Position numbers and translations under genes: made by a program
Source of the DNA: an uncultured Gammaproteobacteria bacterium
GTDB lineage: Bacteria > Patescibacteriota > Patescibacteriia > UBA2196
Direction of reading: 5' to 3'
Length of the DNA: 64,000 nucleotides
Assembly (NCBI GenBank): GCA_964435065.1
Contig: CAYSXS010000003.1
Span: 767-64,766, forward strand
Notes under the pieces: generated by a model
What the model was told of the DNA's origin: nothing
Databases searched by the model: none
The model's input: the letters and a program-made list of their open reading frames with translations, nothing else
In this document: in pieces, positions 20,202 to 28,663 of the stretch
How positions within the stretch are numbered: position 1 is the first letter of the stretch
How the letters are laid out: every line of letters begins with the position of its first letter

Positions 20202-21911
20202 ATGTTTAACAAAAAAATCAAAAACAAAATAAAGCTATTAAATAAGGATAAAGAGGCTTATCCTGCTTCAAGCTGGCTTAAAAAGGATAAAGAGCAAATA
20301 AAGCAGTTTATGGCAGATAACCCAGTAAGTGTAAGAAAAGAGATAAAACAAAGTCGTAATATAATAGAAAGGGTCGACTTTTCAAAATTAAATGCTCAAA
20401 AACAGCAAGAATTTGCATTTTTGGGCTTAAACTTATCTCTTATGAAAATCAAAACAATTATTGCTTCTTTTTTACTTGCCGCTATATTAATTGGCGGTGG
20501 AGCTAGCGCAGTTTCAGCTAAAAATAGCTTACCTGGTGAAGCTCTTTATCCTGTTAAATTAGCAGCAGAAAAAGTCCAATTAGTTCTTACCAGCGATAAA
20601 GGCGATGTTAAATTACACGCTAAATTTGCCAGCAAAAGAGCTTATGAACTTAAAGAATTAGTATCACAAGCAGAATTAGATTCTACATTAGTTGAAGTAG
20701 AATTAATTAGAAATACTGCTTCAAAGCTTAAAAATGAAATTGAATCTTCTGAAAAAGGTTTAACTGCATTATCTAATAAAGGTGAAGATGTAGCTGAACT
20801 TGCTTTAGAAGTTGAAGAAAAAGCTAATCAACAAGTTCAAACCTTAGAAGATGTAACATCTTTAATGTCAATTTATCAAGACAAAGAAAAACAAAGTGCT
20901 ATTGATCAAACCAAACAAGCTGTTAAACAAAGTCAAATTAATACACTTAAAATTATCAGCCAAACTGGCAAAAATGACGAGAAATATCCTGAAGCTATGA
21001 AATCTAGAGCAGAAGAAAGAATAAATGTCAGACTAGAAGAAGCTACTATTAAAATTAAAAGTGTTGTTAATGGTGGTGAAAACGCAAGTTATCCAAAAAC
21101 CACTACTAAAAACAATGAACCTATCACAATAGAGGGAAAGATAGAGCAAGTTAAGAATATTAATATTATTCTTAATGAAATAGAAAACAGCGAAACACAA
21201 GATAATAAAATTATTCCTGGCGGAGGAGGTGGTGGTTTATTTATTCCTATTGAACCAGACAATATAGAACCAATTTCCCCTTATGATAATCAGAGAATGA
21301 CTATGGAAGAAGCTGTAAAAATTGCCTGGTCTAATCCAGAATGTATTCAATACGGCCTAGAAACTGATACTGGATCATATAACTCACAAACTCATACATG
21401 GTGGTTTAATTTAAAATACAAAACCGACACCTGTGATTATGCTTGTGTAGTTTATACTTTAGAAAGACGAGCTGAAGTTTATCCAATGTGCCGAGGATTA
21501 ATTTTACCAAAAGGTGATGTTAATAAAGATGGTAAAGTGAATTCAACTGACGCGTTAATTATCATGAGCTATCTAGATGGTTTAACTAAATTAACAAAAG
21601 AACAACTTGACATAGCTGATGTTACTCAAGACAATAAAGTAACAAAACTTGATGCTGATGTAATATTAGCATTTGATGTCGGGATACTAAGTAGCTTACC
21701 TATTCTTTACGGTGATGTGGATGGGGATGGCAAAATTACAGATACTGATGCAGATCTAATTATGCAATATGATGTAAACGCAATTAATCTAAACTCTAGT
21801 CAATTATATGTAGCTGATGTGAATTTAGATGAAACAGTTAATAGTACTGATGGATTAATTATTAGTTCCTATGTTCAAGGTATTATTAATAACTTACCAC
21901 TTACATCTTAA
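20202..21911 (+). CDS. Putative anti-sigma factor: DUF5667-like domain plus C-terminal dockerin repeats
   Basis: TM then SLPGEALYPVKLAAEKV...KRAYEL; four D-x-N/D-x-D-x-x-V/I repeats (GDVNKDGKVNSTDA etc.). Confidence 0.75.
   Translation: MFNKKIKNKIKLLNKDKEAYPASSWLKKDKEQIKQFMADNPVSVRKEIKQSRNIIERVDFSKLNAQKQQEFAFLGLNLSLMKIKTIIASFLLAAILIGGGASAVSAKNSLPGEALYPVKLAAEKVQLVLTSDKGDVKLHAKFASKRAYELKELVSQAELDSTLVEVELIRNTASKLKNEIESSEKGLTALSNKGEDVAELALEVEEKANQQVQTLEDVTSLMSIYQDKEKQSAIDQTKQAVKQSQINTLKIISQTGKNDEKYPEAMKSRAEERINVRLEEATIKIKSVVNGGENASYPKTTTKNNEPITIEGKIEQVKNINIILNEIENSETQDNKIIPGGGGGGLFIPIEPDNIEPISPYDNQRMTMEEAVKIAWSNPECIQYGLETDTGSYNSQTHTWWFNLKYKTDTCDYACVVYTLERRAEVYPMCRGLILPKGDVNKDGKVNSTDALIIMSYLDGLTKLTKEQLDIADVTQDNKVTKLDADVILAFDVGILSSLPILYGDVDGDGKITDTDADLIMQYDVNAINLNSSQLYVADVNLDETVNSTDGLIISSYVQGIINNLPLTS
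20330..20363 (+). promoter_or_regulatory. Intragenic copy of the ECF promoter motif
   Basis: TGTAAGA-N16-GTCGTAATATA, same spacing as 18981-19014. Confidence 0.55.
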
Positions 21912-21945
21912 AAAACAACTAATCTAATTTTAAAATAAAATATCA

Positions 21946-21979
21946 AAAAAACAAGGCTGATTATTTATGCCTTGTTTTT
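21946..21979. terminator. Bidirectional terminator between convergent genes
   Basis: AAAAAACAAGGC...GCCTTGTTTTT. Confidence 0.75.
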
Positions 21980-21994
21980 AATTTGTTCCATTAT

Positions 21995-22702
21995 TTACTT
22001 TACTTCATACTTTTCTAAAGTTATTTCTTCAAACATATTATCTTGTTTAACAACAACATGTCTTTGTTTAACTAATTCCAGAACTCCTAAGAAAGAAACT
22101 ACAACTTCTGTCCTGTCTTTAGATTCTTTGATTAAATCACTAAAATTTAAATTTATACCCGATAAAATTTGATTTCTAATGTATTCGATTTTTTCTTTAA
22201 TCGAAACTGCTCGTAACATTGATTTCTTTGGTAGCGTGATTACCGGTTCAATTTCTTTTATTACTTCAAGAAATGTTTTTCTTAATTTATTGCCTTCTAA
22301 ATTCTTTGGTGGATTAAATATTACTTCAATATCTAATGGAATCTTATTCCTAACAAATAAGGCTTTCTTTTTTGCTAAAATCTCCTCTATCTTCTTTGAA
22401 GCATCATGATATTCTTTATATATCTTTAACTGTGTTTCTAACTCAATTGCTTCACTTTCATCTTCAATATGTAAATTAGGTAAAAGGATTCTTGATTTGA
22501 TTAATAGCAATCTAGAAGCTACAACCAAAAAATCTGCTAATTCATCTGGATTCTTATCTTCAATAGTAGCCAAATATTTCATAAATTGATCAGCTACTTC
22601 TGATAAGGCTACTTCTGTGATATCTAAATCAGCTGATTCAATCAGCTGTAAAAGCAGGTCTAAAGGACCTTCAAATTTCTCTAATTTAAATTTATATGAC
22701 AT
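21995..22702 (-). CDS. scpA: Segregation and condensation protein A
   Basis: FEGPLDLLLQLI, LLLIKSRILLP, FLGVLELVK. Confidence 0.95.
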   Translation of the reverse strand: MSYKFKLEKFEGPLDLLLQLIESADLDITEVALSEVADQFMKYLATIEDKNPDELADFLVVASRLLLIKSRILLPNLHIEDESEAIELETQLKIYKEYHDASKKIEEILAKKKALFVRNKIPLDIEVIFNPPKNLEGNKLRKTFLEVIKEIEPVITLPKKSMLRAVSIKEKIEYIRNQILSGINLNFSDLIKESKDRTEVVVSFLGVLELVKQRHVVVKQDNMFEEITLEKYEVK

Positions 22703-22704
22703 TT

Positions 22705-23280
22705 TTATTTTTTCTTTTTAGTCTGCTTTTTCTTGGCTGGTTTAGCTTTTTTGGCCGGTTTCTTTTTTACAACTGATTTTTTAATCTTCTTAGCTACTGA
22801 GAATAAACCAACTTGTGATTCCTCTAGTTTAACAAAATCAGCAACTTTCATTTTTACACTTTGAACAAAGCTTCCACCAGAAAAAACAACTGAACCTTTT
22901 AGGCTTTTATCAACAAAAACAGGTGTTTTATACATTGATCCAAAAGCAGCCATAGCTCCTGGTTTAACTTTAAATTGAGATTTCATTACTCCTTCTTTAG
23001 GAATATCTACTTTAGTTATTCTAACTTCTTTAGTAGTCATTGCTTTAGCTAACTTCTTTAAATCCATGTTCTTATCTGCAGGAACTATAGCTATAGCATA
23101 AGGTTTTTTACCATGCTCTAATGGTTTATTAGTCTTAACTAACAAACTCTTAGCAATTTGATTTAATTTAACGTGCATTGTTTGGGCAGCATCATATGCG
23201 GTGTAAACAGTTCTATGATCTATTACTTCATATGCCTTGCCACTTTCTTCTAAGATTTTGACCAGTTTTTTTGAAATCAT
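22705..23280 (-). CDS. YbaK/EbsC-family protein with Lys/Ala/Pro-rich tail
   Basis: HRTVYTAYDAAQ, IAKSLLV, PGAMAAFG, VFSGGS. Confidence 0.8.
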   Translation of the reverse strand: MISKKLVKILEESGKAYEVIDHRTVYTAYDAAQTMHVKLNQIAKSLLVKTNKPLEHGKKPYAIAIVPADKNMDLKKLAKAMTTKEVRITKVDIPKEGVMKSQFKVKPGAMAAFGSMYKTPVFVDKSLKGSVVFSGGSFVQSVKMKVADFVKLEESQVGLFSVAKKIKKSVVKKKPAKKAKPAKKKQTKKKK

Positions 23281-23284
23281 ATAT

Positions 23285-23599
23285 TTATTTTTTCTTTTTA
23301 AATTTAATTTTTAATTGTTCTCCTAATAACATTTTAGCTTGTTTTTTACCTTGTCTAGTCAACTTGATGTCTTTAATAAACCACTTGTATTTAGTTCTTT
23401 CTCCAAAACCCACTAACATATCTTTATCTATTAATCTCTCTATGCTTTTAGTAATTATTTTAGTTACCATTTCAGGTTTAGGTTTTTTCTTTTGAGTTTC
23501 GTAAAATCGATTTAAACGTAAACGTGAAATACGTCCTGTTTTTGATTCAAGACATTGTAGAATGATAAATTTTTGTAAATGCGATAAACGCATAATCAA
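23285..23599 (-). CDS. Hypothetical basic protein, possible winged helix
   Basis: ORF tightly packed in operon; SIERLIDKDML...IKLTRQGK. Confidence 0.6.
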   Translation of the reverse strand: MIMRLSHLQKFIILQCLESKTGRISRLRLNRFYETQKKKPKPEMVTKIITKSIERLIDKDMLVGFGERTKYKWFIKDIKLTRQGKKQAKMLLGEQLKIKFKKKK

Positions 23600-23623
23600 T
23601 ATCTAATTGATGTTCTTATTATA

Positions 23624-25051
23624 TCATTTTTTAATTTCTATCCCCAATTCATCCAGTTGTTCTTGAGAAACTTCAGATGGTGAATCCATCATTGGATCTC
23701 TAGCATCTGAAGTTAAAGGAAATGCTATTACCTCTCGAATTGAATCTTCTGATTGCAAAATAGATAAAAGCCTATCAAATCCAGACGCAATACCACCGTG
23801 AGGAGGAACTCCATATTTAAAAGCTGTAAGAAAATGGTTGAATTCTTGTTTTTTCTTTTCATCAAAACCAATTAACTCAAAAACTTTTTCTTGTACTTTT
23901 GCATCATATATTCTAAGTGCACCACCAGCCACCTCAAAACCATTCAAAGCTAAATCGTGTTGGTATGATTTTACCTTTCCAGGATCTTTGTCTAATAGTT
24001 CTAAATCCTCTTCTTTAGGACGAGAAAACATGTTATGTGATGGGGCCCAAGCTCCTTGTGAACCATGGAAGTGTTCTTCTGAACCTTTGTCCTCTGCTTG
24101 TTTTTCAAATAATGGGAAGTTAATAATGAAGGCAAAGGCTAACTCATCTTTATCTTCTTTGTTCTTTCTTAAATCAGGTTTATCTGTACCATATTTATCC
24201 ATTACTTCTTGCCAATCAAGTCTTGGCCATTTATCAAAAGTCATTTTTTTGTTTGGCCACAGTTCTTTAATCATTTTAGTAAACATTTCTTCAACCAATT
24301 CTAAAATTTCATCCTGGTCCATAAAACTCATTTCCATGTCTACTTGATAAAATTCTCCTGGACTCCTGTCTGCCCTAGCGTCTTCGTCACGAAAACATGG
24401 AGCGATCTGAAAATATTTTTCCATCCCTGCCACTTGCAACAACTGCTTATACTGTTGAGGGGCTTGTGGTAATGCAAAAAACTTACCAGGAAACTTTCTA
24501 GAAGGTACTAAATAGTCACGTGCACCTTCGGGAGTAGATTTTGATAAAATTGGAGTATGCATTTCAATGAATTTCTGATCGTGTAAATATTGTCGTAAAA
24601 ACTGCATCATATTTGAACGCATCTCCATATTTTTCTTCATCCTATCGTGTCGCAAGTCCAAATATCTATGTTTCAACCTCAACTCCTCACCTGCTTGTCT
24701 ATCTTCATTTTCAATTTCAAATGGTGGAGTTTCAGATTTAGATAAGATATTAATTTTCTTAGCTAAAATTTCAACTGTACCAGTTACCATTTCTTTATTA
24801 ACTTGCTTCTCACTTCTTTCTTGTACAATACCTTCAATTTCTAAAACAAACTCCGGACGAATTTCATTTAAAATTTCCACGGATTCTTTGTCTAATTCAT
24901 CTGGTACACAAACTATTTGTGTAATGCCCCATCTATCACGTAAATCTAAAAATGCTATCTTGCCCATATTTCTACGAACATGAACCCAGCCGTTCAATTT
25001 AACAGTTTCACCTACTTTTTTAATTGTTTCCGTTGATATTGTTCTATTCAT
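23624..25051 (-). CDS. aspS: Aspartate--tRNA ligase (short, no GAD insertion)
   Basis: RYLDLR, STPEGARDYLVPSR, QIAPCFRDED, PPHGGIASGFDR. Confidence 0.96.
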   Translation of the reverse strand: MNRTISTETIKKVGETVKLNGWVHVRRNMGKIAFLDLRDRWGITQIVCVPDELDKESVEILNEIRPEFVLEIEGIVQERSEKQVNKEMVTGTVEILAKKINILSKSETPPFEIENEDRQAGEELRLKHRYLDLRHDRMKKNMEMRSNMMQFLRQYLHDQKFIEMHTPILSKSTPEGARDYLVPSRKFPGKFFALPQAPQQYKQLLQVAGMEKYFQIAPCFRDEDARADRSPGEFYQVDMEMSFMDQDEILELVEEMFTKMIKELWPNKKMTFDKWPRLDWQEVMDKYGTDKPDLRKNKEDKDELAFAFIINFPLFEKQAEDKGSEEHFHGSQGAWAPSHNMFSRPKEEDLELLDKDPGKVKSYQHDLALNGFEVAGGALRIYDAKVQEKVFELIGFDEKKKQEFNHFLTAFKYGVPPHGGIASGFDRLLSILQSEDSIREVIAFPLTSDARDPMMDSPSEVSQEQLDELGIEIKK

Positions 25052-25112
25052 ATGATTAAAAACTAATTTATTTAGTTTAATTGTATCATTTTAAACTTTA
25101 AAAAACAAACAA

Positions 25113-25145
25113 ATAAGACTGCTAATTAATCATTAGCAGTCTTAT
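25113..25145 (-). terminator. Hairpin terminator after the 64-aa ORF
   Basis: ATAAGACTGCTAAT...ATTAGCAGTCTTAT 14-bp stem. Confidence 0.7.
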
Positions 25146-25160
25146 CTCTTTATCTAAATT

Positions 25161-25355
25161 TTATTCCTTTTCTGTTTTTTCATCTACTTCTTCTTTTCGA
25201 TCTTCAACTTTCTCTTCTTTTTCAACTTCTTTTTCGTCTGTCTTGTTTTCTTCTGGTTTATTAAAAAAATCTTTTGTTACTTCGCTAACACGATGATGAC
25301 GTTCACGTTGTGGTGATCTTCCAAATGGTCTTGATGTTCCTCTATTAAATGCCAT
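25161..25355 (-). CDS. Small hypothetical protein, basic N-terminus and acidic C-terminus
   Basis: 64-aa ORF with an upstream TTGCTT-17-TATATT promoter and a downstream terminator. Confidence 0.6.
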   Translation of the reverse strand: MAFNRGTSRPFGRSPQRERHHRVSEVTKDFFNKPEENKTDEKEVEKEEKVEDRKEEVDEKTEKE

Positions 25356-25488
25356 ATATTTTTATTCCAAATACTTGAAATTAATTATTAAATAAGTAAT
25401 TTAAAACCGACCTTTAATAACTATTTGTTGAGAACTTTATAACTATTTTAAATATATAATGCCTTGAAAAATAAAGCAATAATTAAAT

Positions 25489-25575
25489 TTAAGGCCTAAT
25501 TCTATTTATCATCCTTGGAAAAGGTATAGTTTCTCCTACTTTTTTAATTGTTTCTCTTGATACTGTTCTATTCAT
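25489..25575 (-). pseudogene. Chimeric remnant: AspS N-terminus fused to AsnS C-terminus (28 aa)
   Basis: MNRTVSRETIKKVGET|IPFPRMINRIRP*; matches aspS start 44/48 nt and asnS end 40/45 nt. Confidence 0.85.
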
Positions 25576-25580
25576 ATATT

Positions 25581-25928
25581 TTAAATTATACTAAAAATTA
25601 TTAAAACACAAAAATAAATAAGTTCCGTTATTTGTACAAAACGATGTGAAATATGATTAGAAATGAATCTCTTAGTATAGAATGCCAAAAACTCTTTCCT
25701 ATAAACCCAATGAAAATTATGTTTTTTTCTAAAATAATTTTCCAGTTTCAAAAAAGGACAATCTCGAAAAATAACCCAACTCAAAATATTTAATGCAACC
25801 AAATTTAATGCCACTATTTTATATCCATCAAAAATAATTACCAAAGGCAAACTAATCACCATTAATACAACCCATAGCCAATGTATTATAAATGTTAAAT
25901 TTGCTAATTTTTTGTATTTATCTTTCAT
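25581..25928 (-). CDS. DUF2784-like membrane protein
   Basis: LANLTFIIHW, CPFLKLENYFRK. Confidence 0.65.
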   Translation of the reverse strand: MKDKYKKLANLTFIIHWLWVVLMVISLPLVIIFDGYKIVALNLVALNILSWVIFRDCPFLKLENYFRKKHNFHWVYRKEFLAFYTKRFISNHISHRFVQITELIYFCVLIIFSII

Positions 25929-25967
25929 TTTTTTTGATTAATAATTATATATCAAATTACTTTTAAT

Positions 25968-26555
25968 TTATCCGCCAACCACAACTTTTGTTTTTATTAT
26001 TATATTTTTATATTTTAAACCTTTTCTCTCCACTCTCAAAATTGTTCTTTTTTTATCAGGATCAATTCCTTCATATGTTATCTCATGCAAATCATTGTCC
26101 ATTCCATCACCAACTTTTGTATCTATAAATGAAATTCCAAAAACCTCGGCTAATTTCTCTCCATCTAGCTTATATTTTAACTGAGAGGTGCTCATTCTTA
26201 TAATTGGCAAAATTCTGTTTTCAACAAAGCTACCAATTTCCCCTTGAGAAACATTCTCACTATCTTTTATAATATCACTTATTATTTTAATTGTTTTACC
26301 TAAAACCCCTGATACTTCTTGATATGTATCTGGGTTATCTGCCCACTTATTTAATATTTGTAAAGCTTCGTTATATTCACTTGGAATGCTCTCATGACTA
26401 TCAATATCTTTTTCTTCCAATTTATTTGTAATATAACTTTGCAAATGTTTAAGTTCAGAAATACTTAAAGTATCTATTCCTTTTTTTAGATTATCAAGTT
26501 CGTTGCTATTTTCTTGATAATCTTGTTTAAATTGTTTATCTGGGTTAAAATTCAT
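25968..26555 (-). CDS. Hypothetical protein with GrpE-like C-terminal beta domain
   Basis: VGDGMDNDLHEI...ILRVERKGLKYKNIIIKTKVVV resembles the GrpE head. Confidence 0.55.
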   Translation of the reverse strand: MNFNPDKQFKQDYQENSNELDNLKKGIDTLSISELKHLQSYITNKLEEKDIDSHESIPSEYNEALQILNKWADNPDTYQEVSGVLGKTIKIISDIIKDSENVSQGEIGSFVENRILPIIRMSTSQLKYKLDGEKLAEVFGISFIDTKVGDGMDNDLHEITYEGIDPDKKRTILRVERKGLKYKNIIIKTKVVVGG

Positions 26556-26572
26556 ATTTTAATTGTTAATTT

Positions 26573-27859
26573 TTATGGTCTAATTCTATTAATCATCCTT
26601 GGAAAAGGGATGGTTTCGCGAATATGATGAATGCCTGTAATCCAACCAGTTAATCTTTCAAGCCCATAACCAAATCCTGAATGTGGCACTGATCCATATT
26701 TTCTCAAATCTAAATACCACCCAAAATCCTTTATATTTAATTTTTCTTGAATAATTCTTTCTTTTAAAATATTATAATCATCTTCCCTTTGAGATCCGCC
26801 AATTATTTCTCCATATCCTTCAGTAGCAATTAAATCAGAGCCTAATACTAAATTATCATTTTCTTTATCTCGTTTCATATAAAATGCTTTAATATCTTTT
26901 GGCCATTTTTCAACAAAAATTGGCACATCAGAATCTTGAGTTAATAAAGTTTCATCTTCAGCACCTAAATCATCTTTTTCAGTAATTTTTGAACCTAAAG
27001 CTTGTAATTTTTTTATAGCTTCTGTATGTGTAATTCTACCAAATGGTGCTTTTATTTTTTCCAATTTTGAGATATTTCTTTCTAATATCTCCAGCTCTGC
27101 TTTTCTATTTTTTATAACCTTAGCCACGATATATGAAATAAGGTTTTCCTGTATTTTCATATTACATTCATGGTCGCAAAACGCTGTTTCTGCATCCATC
27201 ATCCAAAACTCTGTTAAATGCCTTCTTGTTTTAGATTTTTCTGCTCTAAATGTTGGACCAAAATCAAATACCCTGCCATGTGCCATAATAGCCGCCTCAA
27301 TATATAACTGTCCTGATTGAGACAAATATGCTTTACCTAAATCAAAATATTCCACACCAAAAAGCGTTGTTGTTCCTTCACAAGCATTAGGGGTTAAAAT
27401 CGGCGAATCAATTTTAATATAATTATTTTCATGAAAAAAATCATAAGTCGCTGAAATTATCTCATCCCTCACCTGCTGAATTGCCCACTGTTTTTTACTT
27501 CGCAACCATAAATGACGATTATCTAATAAGAATTCTGGCCCATGTTCTTTTTTTGAAATTGGATATTCTTCTGCAATCTGATAAATCTTAAAATCTTTAA
27601 CTTGCAACTCAAAAACACCTGGTTGTTTTGGGTGTTCAACAACTAATCCAGTCATCTCAATCGATGTTTCAATTGTAATTTTCTGAGCTTGTCTCCACTT
27701 TTCTTCACCAACATCATCTTTACTTAAAATACATTGAACAAATCCTGTTCCATCTCGTAACTGAAGAAACATAATTTTACCAGATGATCGTAAATTATAT
27801 ATCCAACCTTTTAAGGTTGTTTCTTTATCTTTAAATTCTTGTAGGTTTTTTATATACAT
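26573..27859 (-). CDS. asnS: Asparagine--tRNA ligase
   Basis: LRDGTG, YLSQSGQLY, FRAEKSKTRRHLTEFWM, PHSGFGYGLER. Confidence 0.97.
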   Translation of the reverse strand: MYIKNLQEFKDKETTLKGWIYNLRSSGKIMFLQLRDGTGFVQCILSKDDVGEEKWRQAQKITIETSIEMTGLVVEHPKQPGVFELQVKDFKIYQIAEEYPISKKEHGPEFLLDNRHLWLRSKKQWAIQQVRDEIISATYDFFHENNYIKIDSPILTPNACEGTTTLFGVEYFDLGKAYLSQSGQLYIEAAIMAHGRVFDFGPTFRAEKSKTRRHLTEFWMMDAETAFCDHECNMKIQENLISYIVAKVIKNRKAELEILERNISKLEKIKAPFGRITHTEAIKKLQALGSKITEKDDLGAEDETLLTQDSDVPIFVEKWPKDIKAFYMKRDKENDNLVLGSDLIATEGYGEIIGGSQREDDYNILKERIIQEKLNIKDFGWYLDLRKYGSVPHSGFGYGLERLTGWITGIHHIRETIPFPRMINRIRP

Positions 27860-27873
27860 AAATTAAATAATTA

Positions 27874-28311
27874 TCACTGTTTAAATATAATTAACACCAG
27901 CCAAACAAATACGACCATTAAAACAAAACCAAAAAACAAAATAAATACGGGTTTAAAAAATTTAAAGAGTGAATTAAAAACAATACCTATCTTTTTCCAC
28001 ACACCTTGGTTTCTTCCTCGTCTATCAATCTCGTCTGTAATATATACCAATAATGGTTTTTTGATATCGTCCTTACCTTTTTGTTTTTTAAAACTCTGTG
28101 CACCATTATCTACATAAAATGATTTAGTTTTTCCTTTTGGTTTTTTAAAAGAAATATATATACTAAATATAGCAACTAATATAAGTATTACTTTTACATA
28201 CCACGGGGAAACAATATAATATTCTTTTACTTCGATACTACGCCCATAAGAAAGGGCATATATTCCTAATAAAATTAGTACGTCTAGTACCCAAATAATT
28301 CTTTTGAACAT
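27874..28311 (-). CDS. Hypothetical membrane protein
   Basis: Three hydrophobic segments. Confidence 0.65.
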   Translation of the reverse strand: MFKRIIWVLDVLILLGIYALSYGRSIEVKEYYIVSPWYVKVILILVAIFSIYISFKKPKGKTKSFYVDNGAQSFKKQKGKDDIKKPLLVYITDEIDRRGRNQGVWKKIGIVFNSLFKFFKPVFILFFGFVLMVVFVWLVLIIFKQ

Positions 28312-28354
28312 AAGATTTTTAATTTAATTATGGAAAAGTATTTTTTAATAATTT

Positions 28355-28564
28355 TTATTTTTTTATTTTAACATCTTTTTTACTTCTAATTTTTTTATAA
28401 ACAAATTCCATACAAATTTTTGTTTTATTATTGCAATAATTACAAACAAAAATATTTTCAAATTGATCATTAAACGGCGCTTTATCACCAAAACTTTCAT
28501 CATCATTTTTAGTGATTTTCCTGCACCAAGCACATTTTTGTTTTAAATAATAATAATCAGACAT
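28355..28564 (-). CDS. Small putative zinc-ribbon protein
   Basis: CAWC and CNYC pairs. Confidence 0.5.
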   Translation of the reverse strand: MSDYYYLKQKCAWCRKITKNDDESFGDKAPFNDQFENIFVCNYCNNKTKICMEFVYKKIRSKKDVKIKK

Positions 28565-28663
28565 GTTATTTAAATCTATAAATTTTTTATTACCTTATTG
28601 CTCTATTACTTTATTACCTCGTGATTTTCCACGGAATCCTTTGTCGTAACTCCTCAGGACGGG

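Noticed and set aside
19523-20230. Resemblance between the sigma-stop/19556 start region and the 20194-stop/20202 start region as a third duplication scar
   Set aside because: The similarity is in low-complexity A/C-rich sequence, needs several gaps, and the peptides do not match.
28615-28662. Hammerhead-ribozyme-like CUGAGGA followed by a GU-UACG-AC stem on the minus strand
   Set aside because: The required GAAA after stem II is missing (reads CAAAG) and stems I and III cannot be built convincingly.
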